Below, in pieces: positions 25,218-34,286 of a stretch of DNA of 40,896 nucleotides (within the stretch, counting starts at the first letter, position 1; every line of letters begins with the position of its first letter). Position numbers and translations under genes: made by a program. The notes under the pieces were generated by a model, which did no database searches, had not been told where the DNA came from, and saw nothing but the letters and a program-made list of their open reading frames with translations. The DNA comes from Caldilineae bacterium (GTDB lineage Bacteria; Chloroflexota; Anaerolineae; E26-bin7). The DNA lies in contig JBBIJG010000002.1 of the NCBI GenBank assembly GCA_037446095.1, positions 1 through 40,896 of the forward strand, in the 5' to 3' direction.

Positions 25218-27653
25218 ATGTTTACCACAATTGATCCCCACAAGATGCCAAAGGTTCTGGCCCTTTATTTGAAGATCAGCCAGTATCCCATCCTGGCCCG
25301 CCGGATCAGGGAGCGGATGCGACAGGAGCTTTTTTCCCGGGGCATCATCTCCCCTCAGGTCTTTGAAGAGGAAGTGCGGGAGAAGGCGATCCTCTCTCAG
25401 AAACGGGAAGGGCTGTATGATCCCCTCCTCCAGGAGTCGCCGGAGGTGTGGGAGGAACGCGTCAGATGGATCCGCGAGCACCTCACAGATTTCTATTTTG
25501 CCTACAATCTCCCCCACGAACTCTTTGAGGACATCGTCCAGGAAATCATGTCTGAAAGAACCCCTCAGCCTGAGGGGGTCATCCTGCCCTTCAATCCCGA
25601 ACTGGCACCCTGGGATCTCCTCTTTGCCCAGGGGGAGGAATTTGAATCCTACCCCCCCGAAAAGAAGGCCAAGGTTAAACACCACCTGCAAGAGATCATC
25701 GTCGTGCTGATCAAGAGCATGATCAGCGATCAACTGGGTTTTGTCGGCATCGCTAAGGAATGGTTTACCATCGCCGACTTGAAAGAGGTCCGCCGGCGCC
25801 GCATCGGCCGGGGCAAGATCGGGGGCAAGGCCGCCGGCTTGCTGCTGGCCTGGAAGATTCTGCAACATGAAGATGAGAGCGAACCGGACGAACCGGCCCT
25901 GAGCGGAAGGCGAAGGGGTGACGAAGGAGCCGGCGTGGGGATAGACATCAAAAGCCACCTGGCGATCCCTGAATCCTATTTCATCGGCGCCGATGTATTC
26001 TACGACTTTCTCTCCCTCAACCGCCTGCACGACACCCTGAACCAGAAATACAAGACGCGGGAACAGATTGAGGCCGACTACCCGGCCATCCGGGAAGCTT
26101 ATCTCAAAGGGCGCTTCCCAGACGAGATCGTTTACGGCCTCCGGGAGCTTTTGAAAGAAGTGGGGACCGCCCCTCTGATCGTGCGGTCCTCTAGCCTGCT
26201 GGAGGACAACTTTGGCACCTCTTTTGCCGGCAAGTACGACAGTTTCTTCTGCCCCAACCAGGGCACCCTGGAGGAGAACCTGGAGGCCCTGACCCTGGCC
26301 ATCACCAAGGTCTATGCCAGCGTCCCCAGCCCTGTGCCCATCCTCTACCGTCAACGCATGGGGCTGATTGACTACGATGAGCGGATGGCGGTCCTGATTC
26401 AAAAGGTGCAGGGAACCCAATGGCGCAATTTCTTCTTCCCTGCCCTGGCCGGTGTGGGTTTCAGCCTCAACCCCTTCCGCTGGAACCCCCGGATCCGTCA
26501 GGAGGATGGTTTCCTGAGGATAGTCTGGGGATTAGGCACCCGGGCTGTGGAACGCGTGGCTAACGATTACCCCCGCATGGTCGCCTTGAGCCATCCCCAA
26601 CTGCGGCCGGAGGCGGACGCTGAGGAGATCAGACGCTACTCCCAACGTTTTATTGACTTGATAGACCTGGCGGACAACCAACTCAAGACACTGCCCATCA
26701 AGGAGGTGCTCTCTATAGATTATCCCCCTGTCCGCTTCCTGGCTTCGGTAGACAAGGGGGATTACCTGCAGCCGATGTTCTCTCAAAGCTACGACATTGA
26801 CCCTCAAAAACTGGTGTTGACCTTTGATTGCCTCTTGAAAGACACCACCTTGGTTCCGCTGATGAAGGCCATCCTCAAGAAACTGGAACGACGATATGGG
26901 AGGCCTGTAGACATAGAGTTCACGGTAGACATCAACCCTGCACCCTTCACTCCCGCTCAAGGCAGGTATCCTCAACCCTCCCTGAAGGTGCACCTGGTTC
27001 AATGCCGCCCTCAGAGCAGCTACGAATCCGATTGGCGTGTCCAGATTCCGTCCACGATTCCTGAAGAGGACATCATCTTCTCGACCAACAAGCTGGTGCC
27101 TCACGGCCTGGTCCCTAAGATCCGCTACGTGGTCTACGTGGACCCGGAGGAGTACGACCGGATACCGGATCCCACGACCAAATTGCAGTTGGCACGGGTG
27201 GTGGGCCACATTAACCAGCGTCTGGAAGGGCAGCGGTTCATCCTGATGGGGCCAGGCCGCTGGGGCAGCTCCAATGTTGACCTGGGCCTGAAGGTGACCT
27301 ACGCCGATATCCACAACACCAGTGTGCTGGTGGAGATGGCTATGGCCCGAGGTGATGATGGCACACCGGAACTCTCTTATGGCACGCACTTTTTCCAGAG
27401 CCTGGTAGAGGCCCGCATTTACCCCTTGCCTCTTTATCCCTACCAGGATGACACGGTCTTCAATAAGGCCTTTTTCCGGGAATCCCCCAATATATTGCCC
27501 GACCTGGTCCCATCAGACAGCAGGTATGCCAAGTACATCAAGGTTATAGACGTGCCGGCCATCACCGATGGGCGTTACCTTGAAGTGGTGATGGACAGTG
27601 AGAAGGGCAAAGCCCTGGGCTATCTCAAACGCTACCCCGATCAAGCTATCTGA
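25218..27653 (+). CDS. PEP/pyruvate-binding (PPDK_N, ATP-grasp) domain protein with no recognisable phosphohistidine swivel domain
   Basis: GGKAAGLLLA ... LIVRSSSLLEDNFGTSFAGKYDSF is the PPDK_N/PEP synthase N-domain signature. No GGxTSHAA-type motif was found. C-terminal part contains GPGRWGSSNVDLG and SYGTHFFQSLVEA. The ATG at 25218 is the first ATG. Confidence 0.8.
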   Translation: MFTTIDPHKMPKVLALYLKISQYPILARRIRERMRQELFSRGIISPQVFEEEVREKAILSQKREGLYDPLLQESPEVWEERVRWIREHLTDFYFAYNLPHELFEDIVQEIMSERTPQPEGVILPFNPELAPWDLLFAQGEEFESYPPEKKAKVKHHLQEIIVVLIKSMISDQLGFVGIAKEWFTIADLKEVRRRRIGRGKIGGKAAGLLLAWKILQHEDESEPDEPALSGRRRGDEGAGVGIDIKSHLAIPESYFIGADVFYDFLSLNRLHDTLNQKYKTREQIEADYPAIREAYLKGRFPDEIVYGLRELLKEVGTAPLIVRSSSLLEDNFGTSFAGKYDSFFCPNQGTLEENLEALTLAITKVYASVPSPVPILYRQRMGLIDYDERMAVLIQKVQGTQWRNFFFPALAGVGFSLNPFRWNPRIRQEDGFLRIVWGLGTRAVERVANDYPRMVALSHPQLRPEADAEEIRRYSQRFIDLIDLADNQLKTLPIKEVLSIDYPPVRFLASVDKGDYLQPMFSQSYDIDPQKLVLTFDCLLKDTTLVPLMKAILKKLERRYGRPVDIEFTVDINPAPFTPAQGRYPQPSLKVHLVQCRPQSSYESDWRVQIPSTIPEEDIIFSTNKLVPHGLVPKIRYVVYVDPEEYDRIPDPTTKLQLARVVGHINQRLEGQRFILMGPGRWGSSNVDLGLKVTYADIHNTSVLVEMAMARGDDGTPELSYGTHFFQSLVEARIYPLPLYPYQDDTVFNKAFFRESPNILPDLVPSDSRYAKYIKVIDVPAITDGRYLEVVMDSEKGKALGYLKRYPDQAI

Positions 27654-27855
27654 GAGCTTGTCTGAAGACCACCAAGGACACCAGGACATCCTCGTGGCTT
27701 GGCGGGCTTTTCAGATTACTGGTACCTGGTTTTATTGTCAACCCATCTAGCAGCCTGTCGGAGAGACATTCTGGAGTCGGGGCCTTTGGGCTTGAACGTC
27801 AACGTTCAGGCTGAGCGGCTCAAGCGTGTTGAAGCACGCTGCCCTGGCCGCTGCA

Positions 27856-27915
27856 AGGGCGTTTCAACGCCCTTGGGCTGCTGAGCCCCGACTTTTATGG
27901 CGGGGCCTTTGAGCA
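27856..27915 (+). repeat. Three-hairpin intergenic repeat, copy 2 (preceded by related hairpin units from ~27770)
   Basis: AAGGGCGTTTCAACGCCCTTGGGCTGCTGAGCCCCGACTTTTATGGCGGGGCCTTTGAGC. About 84 percent identical to copy 1 over ~60 nt by eye, with differences concentrated in the loops. Confidence 0.65.
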
Positions 27916-27966
27916 GCCTTGGCATAACGACAAATTCTCCGCTACACTCTGAAGCGGGCTAGCGGA

Positions 27967-28020
27967 GGGCGATTTATCGCCCTTCGTTTTTTAGCCCGAC
28001 GATTTAGGGCGGGGCTGGAG
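27967..28020 (+). repeat. Three-hairpin intergenic repeat, copy 3 (more diverged)
   Basis: GGGCGATTTATCGCCCTTCGTTTTTTAGCCCGACGATTTAGGGCGGGGCTGGAG has the same H1 and H3 layout. Confidence 0.5.
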
Positions 28021-28055
28021 TTAAGGCTTTAGCCGGAGAGTTCCGCCTGAAGGCT

Positions 28056-28526
28056 CTACTCCAACTGAGACTGGCCTTGAGAGGCCCCCGGCCACCTCGA
28101 CATGACCCACTCCCTGGCCACCCTCTCCCCCTCGGTCAACTTACGACAATCGGGGCACAGTCTGACCCACGATAGCTCCGCTGCGTCGGCCTGGAACTCC
28201 CGCGGAATGACTGTCAGGAGCTTGTCTACGATCCGCCCGGTGGTGAAGGGAGCGCCACACCGCTGGCAGCAAAGCAGGTCAAAGGTTGCCATCAGGTATT
28301 CGCCTTCTGGTGCGGCCTCTATCGGCGCAAGGGTAATGGCTTCTTCCGGGCAGACCGCGGCGCAGCGTGTGCAGTCCTCGCTACAGGTGCGGGCGAAACG
28401 CAGGGTGCGCTGTCGGTCCTGGTCGACGAAGGTGATGAGATGGGCCGGGCAGGCGTGGGTACAGGCCCAGCAGCCAACGCACTTGTCCAGGTCAACGAGC
28501 AGTTGGTTAATTTTGCCGGTCGTCAT
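28056..28526 (-). CDS. 4Fe-4S dicluster ferredoxin-domain protein with C-terminal Cys4 zinc-ribbon-like tail (FDH-associated)
   Basis: CVGCWACTHACP and CTRCAAVCP cluster motifs, then CCQRC...CPDC. AGGAGG lies 5 nt upstream of the ATG at 28526, directly after the preceding stop. Confidence 0.75.
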   Translation of the reverse strand: MTTGKINQLLVDLDKCVGCWACTHACPAHLITFVDQDRQRTLRFARTCSEDCTRCAAVCPEEAITLAPIEAAPEGEYLMATFDLLCCQRCGAPFTTGRIVDKLLTVIPREFQADAAELSWVRLCPDCRKLTEGERVAREWVMSRWPGASQGQSQLE

Positions 28527-28535
28527 CTCCACCTC

Positions 28536-29006
28536 CTAGCTCACCGTCGCCCTGACCATGGCCAAAGCGGCCCGGCGCTGGGCTTCCCGGGTGAAGGCTT
28601 CATACTGACCGTAGCTGAGGGCCTGGGTGGGGCAGGTGATCACGCAGGCGGGCGGCTTTCCCTCGGCCAGGCGCCCGGCGCAGAGATCGCATTTGTGCAT
28701 CACCCTGCCAGCCCAGTCAAAGCCGGCCATGCCGAAGGGGCAGGCAAAAAGGCACAGGCCGCACCCCGTGCATTTGGCCGCATCCAAGGAAATCGTTCCG
28801 TCCTCAGCGGGGCTTAACGCCTCGGTGTAGCAAGCCGTGACGCAGGGAGCCTTTTCGCAGTGGCGGCAGGAGAGGGGCACGGCGAAACGGTCCTGGACCA
28901 GCACGACCGAGGTGTTAGAAAGGCCGTTGTGCACTCGCTGGCAGGCCACCTCACAGGCCCGACAGTCAATGCAGCGGTTCAGGTCGGCGTAGATGAGTTT
29001 AGACAT
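28536..29006 (-). CDS. Formate dehydrogenase-type Fe-S (beta/HybA-like) subunit, multiple 4Fe-4S clusters
   Basis: CIDCRACEVAC, CRHCEKAPCVTAC, CTGCGLCLFACP and CDLC..ACVITCP. The ATG at 29006 (MSKLIY) is immediately adjacent to the fdhA stop. Confidence 0.8.
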   Translation of the reverse strand: MSKLIYADLNRCIDCRACEVACQRVHNGLSNTSVVLVQDRFAVPLSCRHCEKAPCVTACYTEALSPAEDGTISLDAAKCTGCGLCLFACPFGMAGFDWAGRVMHKCDLCAGRLAEGKPPACVITCPTQALSYGQYEAFTREAQRRAALAMVRATVS

Positions 29007-29008
29007 GA

Positions 29009-31072
29009 TCACCCCTCCTTGCTCACCTGGCAAGCAGCCACTTTAAACTCGGGTATTTTGGCTTCTGCGTCCAGGGCATCAGTGGTCAGTTGGTTTGGGC
29101 CCGAGAAGTGGAAAGGCATGAACGCCGTTCCAGCTCGGACTCTGTCGGTGAGTCGTGCCCTGGCCTTCGTCTCCCCCCGCGCTGTGGTGATGGCCACGAC
29201 CTGGCCCTCAGTGAGGTTCAGTTGGGCGGCGTCCGCCGGGTTTATCTCGACGAGAAGCTCCGGGGCCCGTTCCATCAGGGACGGGCTGCGGCGGGTCATG
29301 GAGCCGGTGTTGTAATGCACCGCCAGCCGGCCGGTAGTCAGCACCAGCGGGAAGTGGGCGCTGGTCTCCTCGGCCGGCGGGGTGTAACGCACAGGCACGA
29401 TGCGCGCACGTCCATCGGGGGTGGAAAAGGCCTCGGCGTGGAGGATAGGTGTGCCCGGATGATCGGAGTCTGGGCAGGGCCAGAACAGGCCATCTGATAC
29501 ACCTCTGAGCCGTTGGGGAGTGAGACCGCCGTAGAGAGGCACAAATTGATTGATTTCCGATAGCACTGCCTCTGCTCCCCTATAGTCTAAATCCAGACCC
29601 AATCGCCGGCCCACCTGGCCGATAATCCAGAGAGCGTCACGGGCTTCACCTGGGGGGGTGATGGCGCGGCGACTCCATTGCACGCGCCGCTCGGTGGAGG
29701 TAAAAGTACCCTCTTTCTCGGCCCAGGCAGCGGCAGGCAAGACCACGTCGGCCAGTTGCGCCGTGTCGGTCAGGAAGATGTCCTGCACTACCAGGAAGTC
29801 CAGCGACTCCAGGGCCTGGCGCACGTGTCCGGCGTTGGGGTCCGAGTTGACCGGATCCTCACCCATGATGTACATGGCTTTGATGTCACCCGCCGCGGCG
29901 GCGTTCATCATTTCGACCACTGTAAGGCCTGGGGCGGCGGATTGCAAATCCGCCACGAGCGTGAGATCTGATCCCCAGGCCTGGCGGAAAGCCTCGGCCG
30001 CCTGAGGGTCATCCACCCACCGGTAGCCGGGGTAGAACTCGGCCAGAGCTCCCATGTCGCATGCTCCCTGGACGTTGTTCTGGCCGCGCAGGGGCCACAG
30101 CCCGGCGCCCGGTCGCCCCACCTGCCCACAGATGAGGGCCAGGTCGGCGCAGGCGGCCACGTTGTCACTGCCGGCTGTGTGCTGGGTGATGCCCATGCAG
30201 TAGACGATGGCCGCGGCGGACGCTTTGCCGTAGGCGCGGGCCGCCGCGACGATGAGGGCCGGCGGTACGCCGGTGATGGAGGCCACATAGTCGGGGGTGT
30301 ACTCCCGGACAGCCTGGACCAGCTCATGGTAGCCGCCGGTCCGTTGGGCGATGAAATTCCAGTCGGTCAGCCCCTCCTCGATGATGACGTGCATCAAGCC
30401 GTTGAGCAGAGCCACGTCTGTGCCCGGCCTGAGGGGCAGGAAGGTGTCGGCCAGCCAGGCCGTGGGCGTCAGACGGGGATCAGCCACGATAACCCGGGCG
30501 CCTTTTTCTTTGGCCCTCAGCACCCAGCGGGCCACGGGGGCGTGGTTCTCGGCCAGGTTGGAGCCGATGATAAGGATGCAATCGGCGTTGGCCAAGTCGG
30601 GAATGGGATTGGTCATGGCTCCGCTGCCCAAGGCGCGGGTCAGGCTGACCACAGTGGGGGCGTGGCATAGGCGGGCGCAGTGGTCTACGTTGTTGGTGCC
30701 CAACAGGCGGGCCAGCTTTTGGAAGAGATAGTTCTCCTCGTTGGTGCACTTGGCGGAAGCCAGGAACCCCAGGGCATCGGGGCCGTAGGCCTGTCGGGTC
30801 TCACCCAGCTTCTGGCTCACCAGGTCCAGGGCTTCGTCCCACGAGATGGGTTCCCAGCCTCCATGGGTCTTTCTCAGCGGGTGTTGCAGCCGGTCGGGGT
30901 GATTCAGCACCTCCAGGACGGCGTTGCCCTTGGAGCAGAGGGCCCCTTCGCTGACCGGGTGTTCCGGCATGTACTCCAGTCCCACCGCCCGCCCGTCCTC
31001 CACGGCGAGGTACAGCCCGCAGCCGACGCCGCAGTAGGGACAGATGGTGGGGATAAGGGATGGTCGGCTCAT
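29009..31072 (-). CDS. fdhA: Molybdopterin formate dehydrogenase catalytic subunit (FdhF/FdhA type, Cys variant)
   Basis: N-terminal 4Fe-4S motif CPYCGVGCGL..CSKG. Active-site context NNVDHCARLCHAPTV corresponds to E. coli FdhF CARV-U-HGPSV, with Cys in place of Sec. LRGQNNVQGACDMG is also present. Confidence 0.9.
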   Translation of the reverse strand: MSRPSLIPTICPYCGVGCGLYLAVEDGRAVGLEYMPEHPVSEGALCSKGNAVLEVLNHPDRLQHPLRKTHGGWEPISWDEALDLVSQKLGETRQAYGPDALGFLASAKCTNEENYLFQKLARLLGTNNVDHCARLCHAPTVVSLTRALGSGAMTNPIPDLANADCILIIGSNLAENHAPVARWVLRAKEKGARVIVADPRLTPTAWLADTFLPLRPGTDVALLNGLMHVIIEEGLTDWNFIAQRTGGYHELVQAVREYTPDYVASITGVPPALIVAAARAYGKASAAAIVYCMGITQHTAGSDNVAACADLALICGQVGRPGAGLWPLRGQNNVQGACDMGALAEFYPGYRWVDDPQAAEAFRQAWGSDLTLVADLQSAAPGLTVVEMMNAAAAGDIKAMYIMGEDPVNSDPNAGHVRQALESLDFLVVQDIFLTDTAQLADVVLPAAAWAEKEGTFTSTERRVQWSRRAITPPGEARDALWIIGQVGRRLGLDLDYRGAEAVLSEINQFVPLYGGLTPQRLRGVSDGLFWPCPDSDHPGTPILHAEAFSTPDGRARIVPVRYTPPAEETSAHFPLVLTTGRLAVHYNTGSMTRRSPSLMERAPELLVEINPADAAQLNLTEGQVVAITTARGETKARARLTDRVRAGTAFMPFHFSGPNQLTTDALDAEAKIPEFKVAACQVSKEG
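29936..29954. repeat. GGATT-GCA-AATCC family hairpin (8-bp stem) inside fdhA, nested in a 10-bp outer inverted repeat (29925-29934 / 29973-29982)
   Basis: GGCGGATT GCA AATCCGCC. GGCGGCGGATTGCAAATCCGCCACGAGC matches 19423-19450 with one mismatch. Outer arms are AGGCCTGGGG / CCCCAGGCCT. Confidence 0.65.
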
Positions 31073-31112
31073 AGAGGCTCCTTTCTTTTGGTTGTCACCA
31101 TTGTACGGCCCG

Positions 31113-33077
31113 TCAGGCCTCTTGCAACAACGGCACGATGCTCTGGTAGAAATCCAGCGCCGAGGGGTTCATCAGCGCATCCCGGTTCACGACCGGCCGT
31201 CCGTTGATAATGTTGGTAACCGCTGTCTCCACTTTCTTCATGTTGAGGGTATAAGGGACCTCCGGGGTCTCCATGATAACCGCTGGAACGTGGCGGGGCG
31301 AGGCTTTCTCCCGCAATGTCCGGCGAATTTTCTCTTTCAGCTCTTCCGTCAGGGTGAAGCCAGGCGCCAGTTTGACAAAGAGGATCACCCGCTGATCTCC
31401 GCGCCAGCTCTGCCCCACGGCCAGGGCATCGGCGATTTCCGGTAAGGACTCCAGGGGCCTGTAGATTTCCGCCGTGCCGATGCGCACCCCAGAGGGCTTG
31501 AGGACCGCATCCGATCGGCCCAGGAAAGTGATGCCCCCCGTATCGCTGTGCATGATGATGTAATCGCCATGTCGCCAGACGGGGCGATGGGGGTAGAACT
31601 CAAAATAAGCGGCCCGGTACTGCCGGCCGTCTGGGTCGTTCCAGAAATAGAGGGGCATGGAAGGGGCGGGGGCTTCGCACACCAGTTCACCCGGCTGATC
31701 GGAGATGGGGTCGCCTTTCTCGTCGTAGGCCTTAACCTTCATGCCCAGCGCCGGTCCCTGGAGTTCCCCGGCGTATACCGGAAGGGTAGGACTGCCCGCC
31801 GCGAAGCAGCCGTTGATGTCCGTGCCTCCTGAAATGGAGTTGAAGTGCAGGTCGCCTTTGATTTCGTCGTAAACGTACTCAAACCCCTCTGCCGAAAGGG
31901 AGGAGCCGGTCTGGGAAATCTCCCGCAGAGAGGAGAGATCGCAGGACCGGCCCGGTGAAACGCCCTGGCTGCGCAGGAAATAGATGTAACTGGCGCTACA
32001 GCCGAAAATCGTGACCTGTTCCTCCTGGATGAGTTTCCACATCGCATAGGGGTCAGGGTAGTTCGGGTTACCATCGTACAAGACGATGGTGGCGCCGACG
32101 GCCAGGGAGCTCAGCAGCCAGTTCCACATCATCCAACTGCAGGAAGTGATGTAGGTGATGACATCGTCAGGCCGCAGGTCGGTGTGGAGGATCAGTTCCT
32201 TCAGGTGGTTGATCAACACCCCAGATCCCTGGACCATGCATTTCGGCTTGCCGGTGGTTCCGGAGGAAAACATGATGAAGACGGGGTGGTCAAAGGGGAG
32301 CTGTTCAAACTGGATGGGCAGGCCCTTTGCCGGAGCCAGGAAGTCATCCCACAGGACGGCGTGGGGGATGGAGCGGATATCCGGAGCCTCCGTGGCGTAG
32401 GGCACGACCACCACTTTCTGGAGCGAGGGGATACCTTTCGCTACCTGAGCGGCGTTCTCCAGGGTGGGGAAGAGTTTGCCCTTGTAGAAGTAGCCATCGG
32501 CCGTGAAAAGGACCCTGGGCTCCACCTGCCCCAGCCGCTCCAGAGCGGCCGGCGCGGCGATGTCGGTGGCGCAGGATGCCCACACGGCACCCAGGCTGGT
32601 GGCGGCCAGCATGGCCATAGCCGTCTCCATCAGGTTGGGCATATAAGCGACGACCCGATCCCCGGGCCGGATTCCCAGGTCGCGCAGCGATTGAGCCAGG
32701 CGGGCCACCGTATCATATACCTCCGCGTACGTTCGCCGGGCCCTTCGCCCCCGCTCATCTCTGAAAATGAAGGCGACCCGGTTGTCCCGGTAGCGGAGCA
32801 GGTTCTCCGCAAAGTTCAGCCTGGCGCCGATGAACCATCGGGCCCCCGGGAAGCGGCTCAGGTCATCCACCACCTGGGTATAGGGCTGAGAGGCCCGGAT
32901 ACCGACAAAGTCCCATAGGGTGGCCCAGAAAGCAGGGATGTTTTCTACCGACCAGCGGTGCAATTCGTGATAGGACTGGAGGTTCAGACCGAAGCGGTCA
33001 TTTACCTGCTCTATGAAGCGGCTTATATTGGCCTGCCGCTTGCGCTCTTCGGACGGGATCCAAAGTGGCGTCTTCAT
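31113..33077 (-). CDS. Acetoacetate-CoA ligase (acetoacetyl-CoA synthetase), AMP-forming
   Basis: N-terminus LWIPSEERKRQANISRFIEQVN...HRWSVENIPAFWATLWDF is typical of acetoacetyl-CoA synthetases. AMP-binding motif FSSGTTGKPKCMV. The ATG at 33077 is preceded by GGGAGA. Confidence 0.85.
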   Translation of the reverse strand: MKTPLWIPSEERKRQANISRFIEQVNDRFGLNLQSYHELHRWSVENIPAFWATLWDFVGIRASQPYTQVVDDLSRFPGARWFIGARLNFAENLLRYRDNRVAFIFRDERGRRARRTYAEVYDTVARLAQSLRDLGIRPGDRVVAYMPNLMETAMAMLAATSLGAVWASCATDIAAPAALERLGQVEPRVLFTADGYFYKGKLFPTLENAAQVAKGIPSLQKVVVVPYATEAPDIRSIPHAVLWDDFLAPAKGLPIQFEQLPFDHPVFIMFSSGTTGKPKCMVQGSGVLINHLKELILHTDLRPDDVITYITSCSWMMWNWLLSSLAVGATIVLYDGNPNYPDPYAMWKLIQEEQVTIFGCSASYIYFLRSQGVSPGRSCDLSSLREISQTGSSLSAEGFEYVYDEIKGDLHFNSISGGTDINGCFAAGSPTLPVYAGELQGPALGMKVKAYDEKGDPISDQPGELVCEAPAPSMPLYFWNDPDGRQYRAAYFEFYPHRPVWRHGDYIIMHSDTGGITFLGRSDAVLKPSGVRIGTAEIYRPLESLPEIADALAVGQSWRGDQRVILFVKLAPGFTLTEELKEKIRRTLREKASPRHVPAVIMETPEVPYTLNMKKVETAVTNIINGRPVVNRDALMNPSALDFYQSIVPLLQEA

Positions 33078-33112
33078 GTGTTTCTCCCTATAGAAGTTAC
33101 ACGCCGTTGCCA

Positions 33113-33496
33113 TCATAGGATTTCCACCATCGGCATTTCTGGTGAGGCGGGGTTGGGTATAAGAGTTCGCGTTCTCGGATCAATTACGAGGTCCAATATC
33201 TCCAAAACTACGTGTCCGATAAGAGGTGGAGCCCCTTCTACTTCTGCTAACACATCAAAGTTACCCGTTCGTCCTTTAATTTCTATGGTCACCACGCCAT
33301 AGATTGATTTTGACTCTATACCGTTGTTTGCGTATTTAACCTTTGTTTCTCGAATTTTTTTCAATCCAAGTTCACTCACGATATTTTGAGGTAATACTAC
33401 CATCGTTGCACCTGTATCAATGACAGCCTCAACCTCAATGGACCTTGTGGGGTCATTAAAGTTTTCGATCTTAACTTTCTCTATTACCTTTCCCAT
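33113..33496 (-). CDS. Retropepsin-like (clan AA) aspartic protease, AT-rich gene
   Basis: VIDTGATMVVLP active-site motif (DTGA) and a C-terminal LIGHVVLEILDLVIDP flap/dimer region. Size is ~127 aa. Composition is clearly more AT-rich than the neighbours. Confidence 0.75.
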   Translation of the reverse strand: MGKVIEKVKIENFNDPTRSIEVEAVIDTGATMVVLPQNIVSELGLKKIRETKVKYANNGIESKSIYGVVTIEIKGRTGNFDVLAEVEGAPPLIGHVVLEILDLVIDPRTRTLIPNPASPEMPMVEIL

Positions 33497-33665
33497 ATCA
33501 ATCTTTCTGCCATTGTTCAATGGTGATCAATATCCGAAATCGAGTTCGCATGATGTGGGCCTGCCCCGCTTTTCGCGAGCGCTGCCGACCACGAAGCGAA
33601 TCAAGCGGCGCGGGAGCAGCCTGCCGTCAGCAACGCAAGCTGCCCCCGCTTTCCTTATTCGTTGT

Positions 33666-34253
33666 TTACGGCTCGATCTTGCTGCCCAGCAGCTCCAGGA
33701 ATTTGCGCATCCATTCGGGATGGCCGGGCCAGGCCGCTGCCGTGACCAGGTTGCCGTCCACGTAGGCGTTGGAAAAGGTCTCGTTCACCTCCCCCCATTT
33801 GGCCCCGGCGCGGAGCAGATCGGGCTTGACGGCCGGATAGGCCGTGCAGAGCTTGCCCTCCACGACCCCCGCCGCCGCCAACACCTGCTGCCCATGGCAG
33901 ATGGAGGCGATGGGTTTGTTCGCTTGGGCAAAGTGCCGCACGATGTCCAGTACTCTCTCATTCAGGCGGATGTACTCCGGCGCACGCCCGCCCGGAATCA
34001 CCAGGCCATCATAGTCCTCGGGCTTGATCTCCTCAAAGGTGGCGTTGATGGCGAAATTGTGCCCCCGCTTCTCGCTGTAGGTCTGGTCGCCCTCAAAGTC
34101 GTGGACGGCGGTGCGCACGCTGTCCCCGGCCTTCTTGCCCGGACAGACGGCGTGCACCGTGTGACCGACCATGGTCAGCATCTGGAAGGGGACCATCGCC
34201 TCGTAGTCCTCGACGTAATCCCCCACGAGCATGAGAATCTTCTTGGCAGCCAT
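33666..34253 (-). CDS. DJ-1/PfpI-family intracellular protease/glyoxalase
   Basis: [14 protein letters not shown]..., [13 protein letters not shown], and the nucleophile elbow [12 protein letters not shown]. Confidence 0.9.
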   Translation of the reverse strand: MAAKKILMLVGDYVEDYEAMVPFQMLTMVGHTVHAVCPGKKAGDSVRTAVHDFEGDQTYSEKRGHNFAINATFEEIKPEDYDGLVIPGGRAPEYIRLNERVLDIVRHFAQANKPIASICHGQQVLAAAGVVEGKLCTAYPAVKPDLLRAGAKWGEVNETFSNAYVDGNLVTAAAWPGHPEWMRKFLELLGSKIEP

Positions 34254-34286
34254 CTTATCCTCCCTCCTCTCTCCAGTTTTAATAAG

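Noticed and set aside
24956-25234. 92-aa ORF (and the 61-aa ORF at 27699..27884) in the regions flanking the PPDK_N gene
   Set aside because: They are composed almost entirely of the three-hairpin repeat units, with no RBS and low-complexity Gly/Arg/Ala translation.
29009-31072. Selenocysteine recoding in fdhA
   Set aside because: The ORF is uninterrupted, and the active-site position (CARL-C-HAPTV) is a Cys codon. There is no in-frame TGA and no need for a SECIS element.
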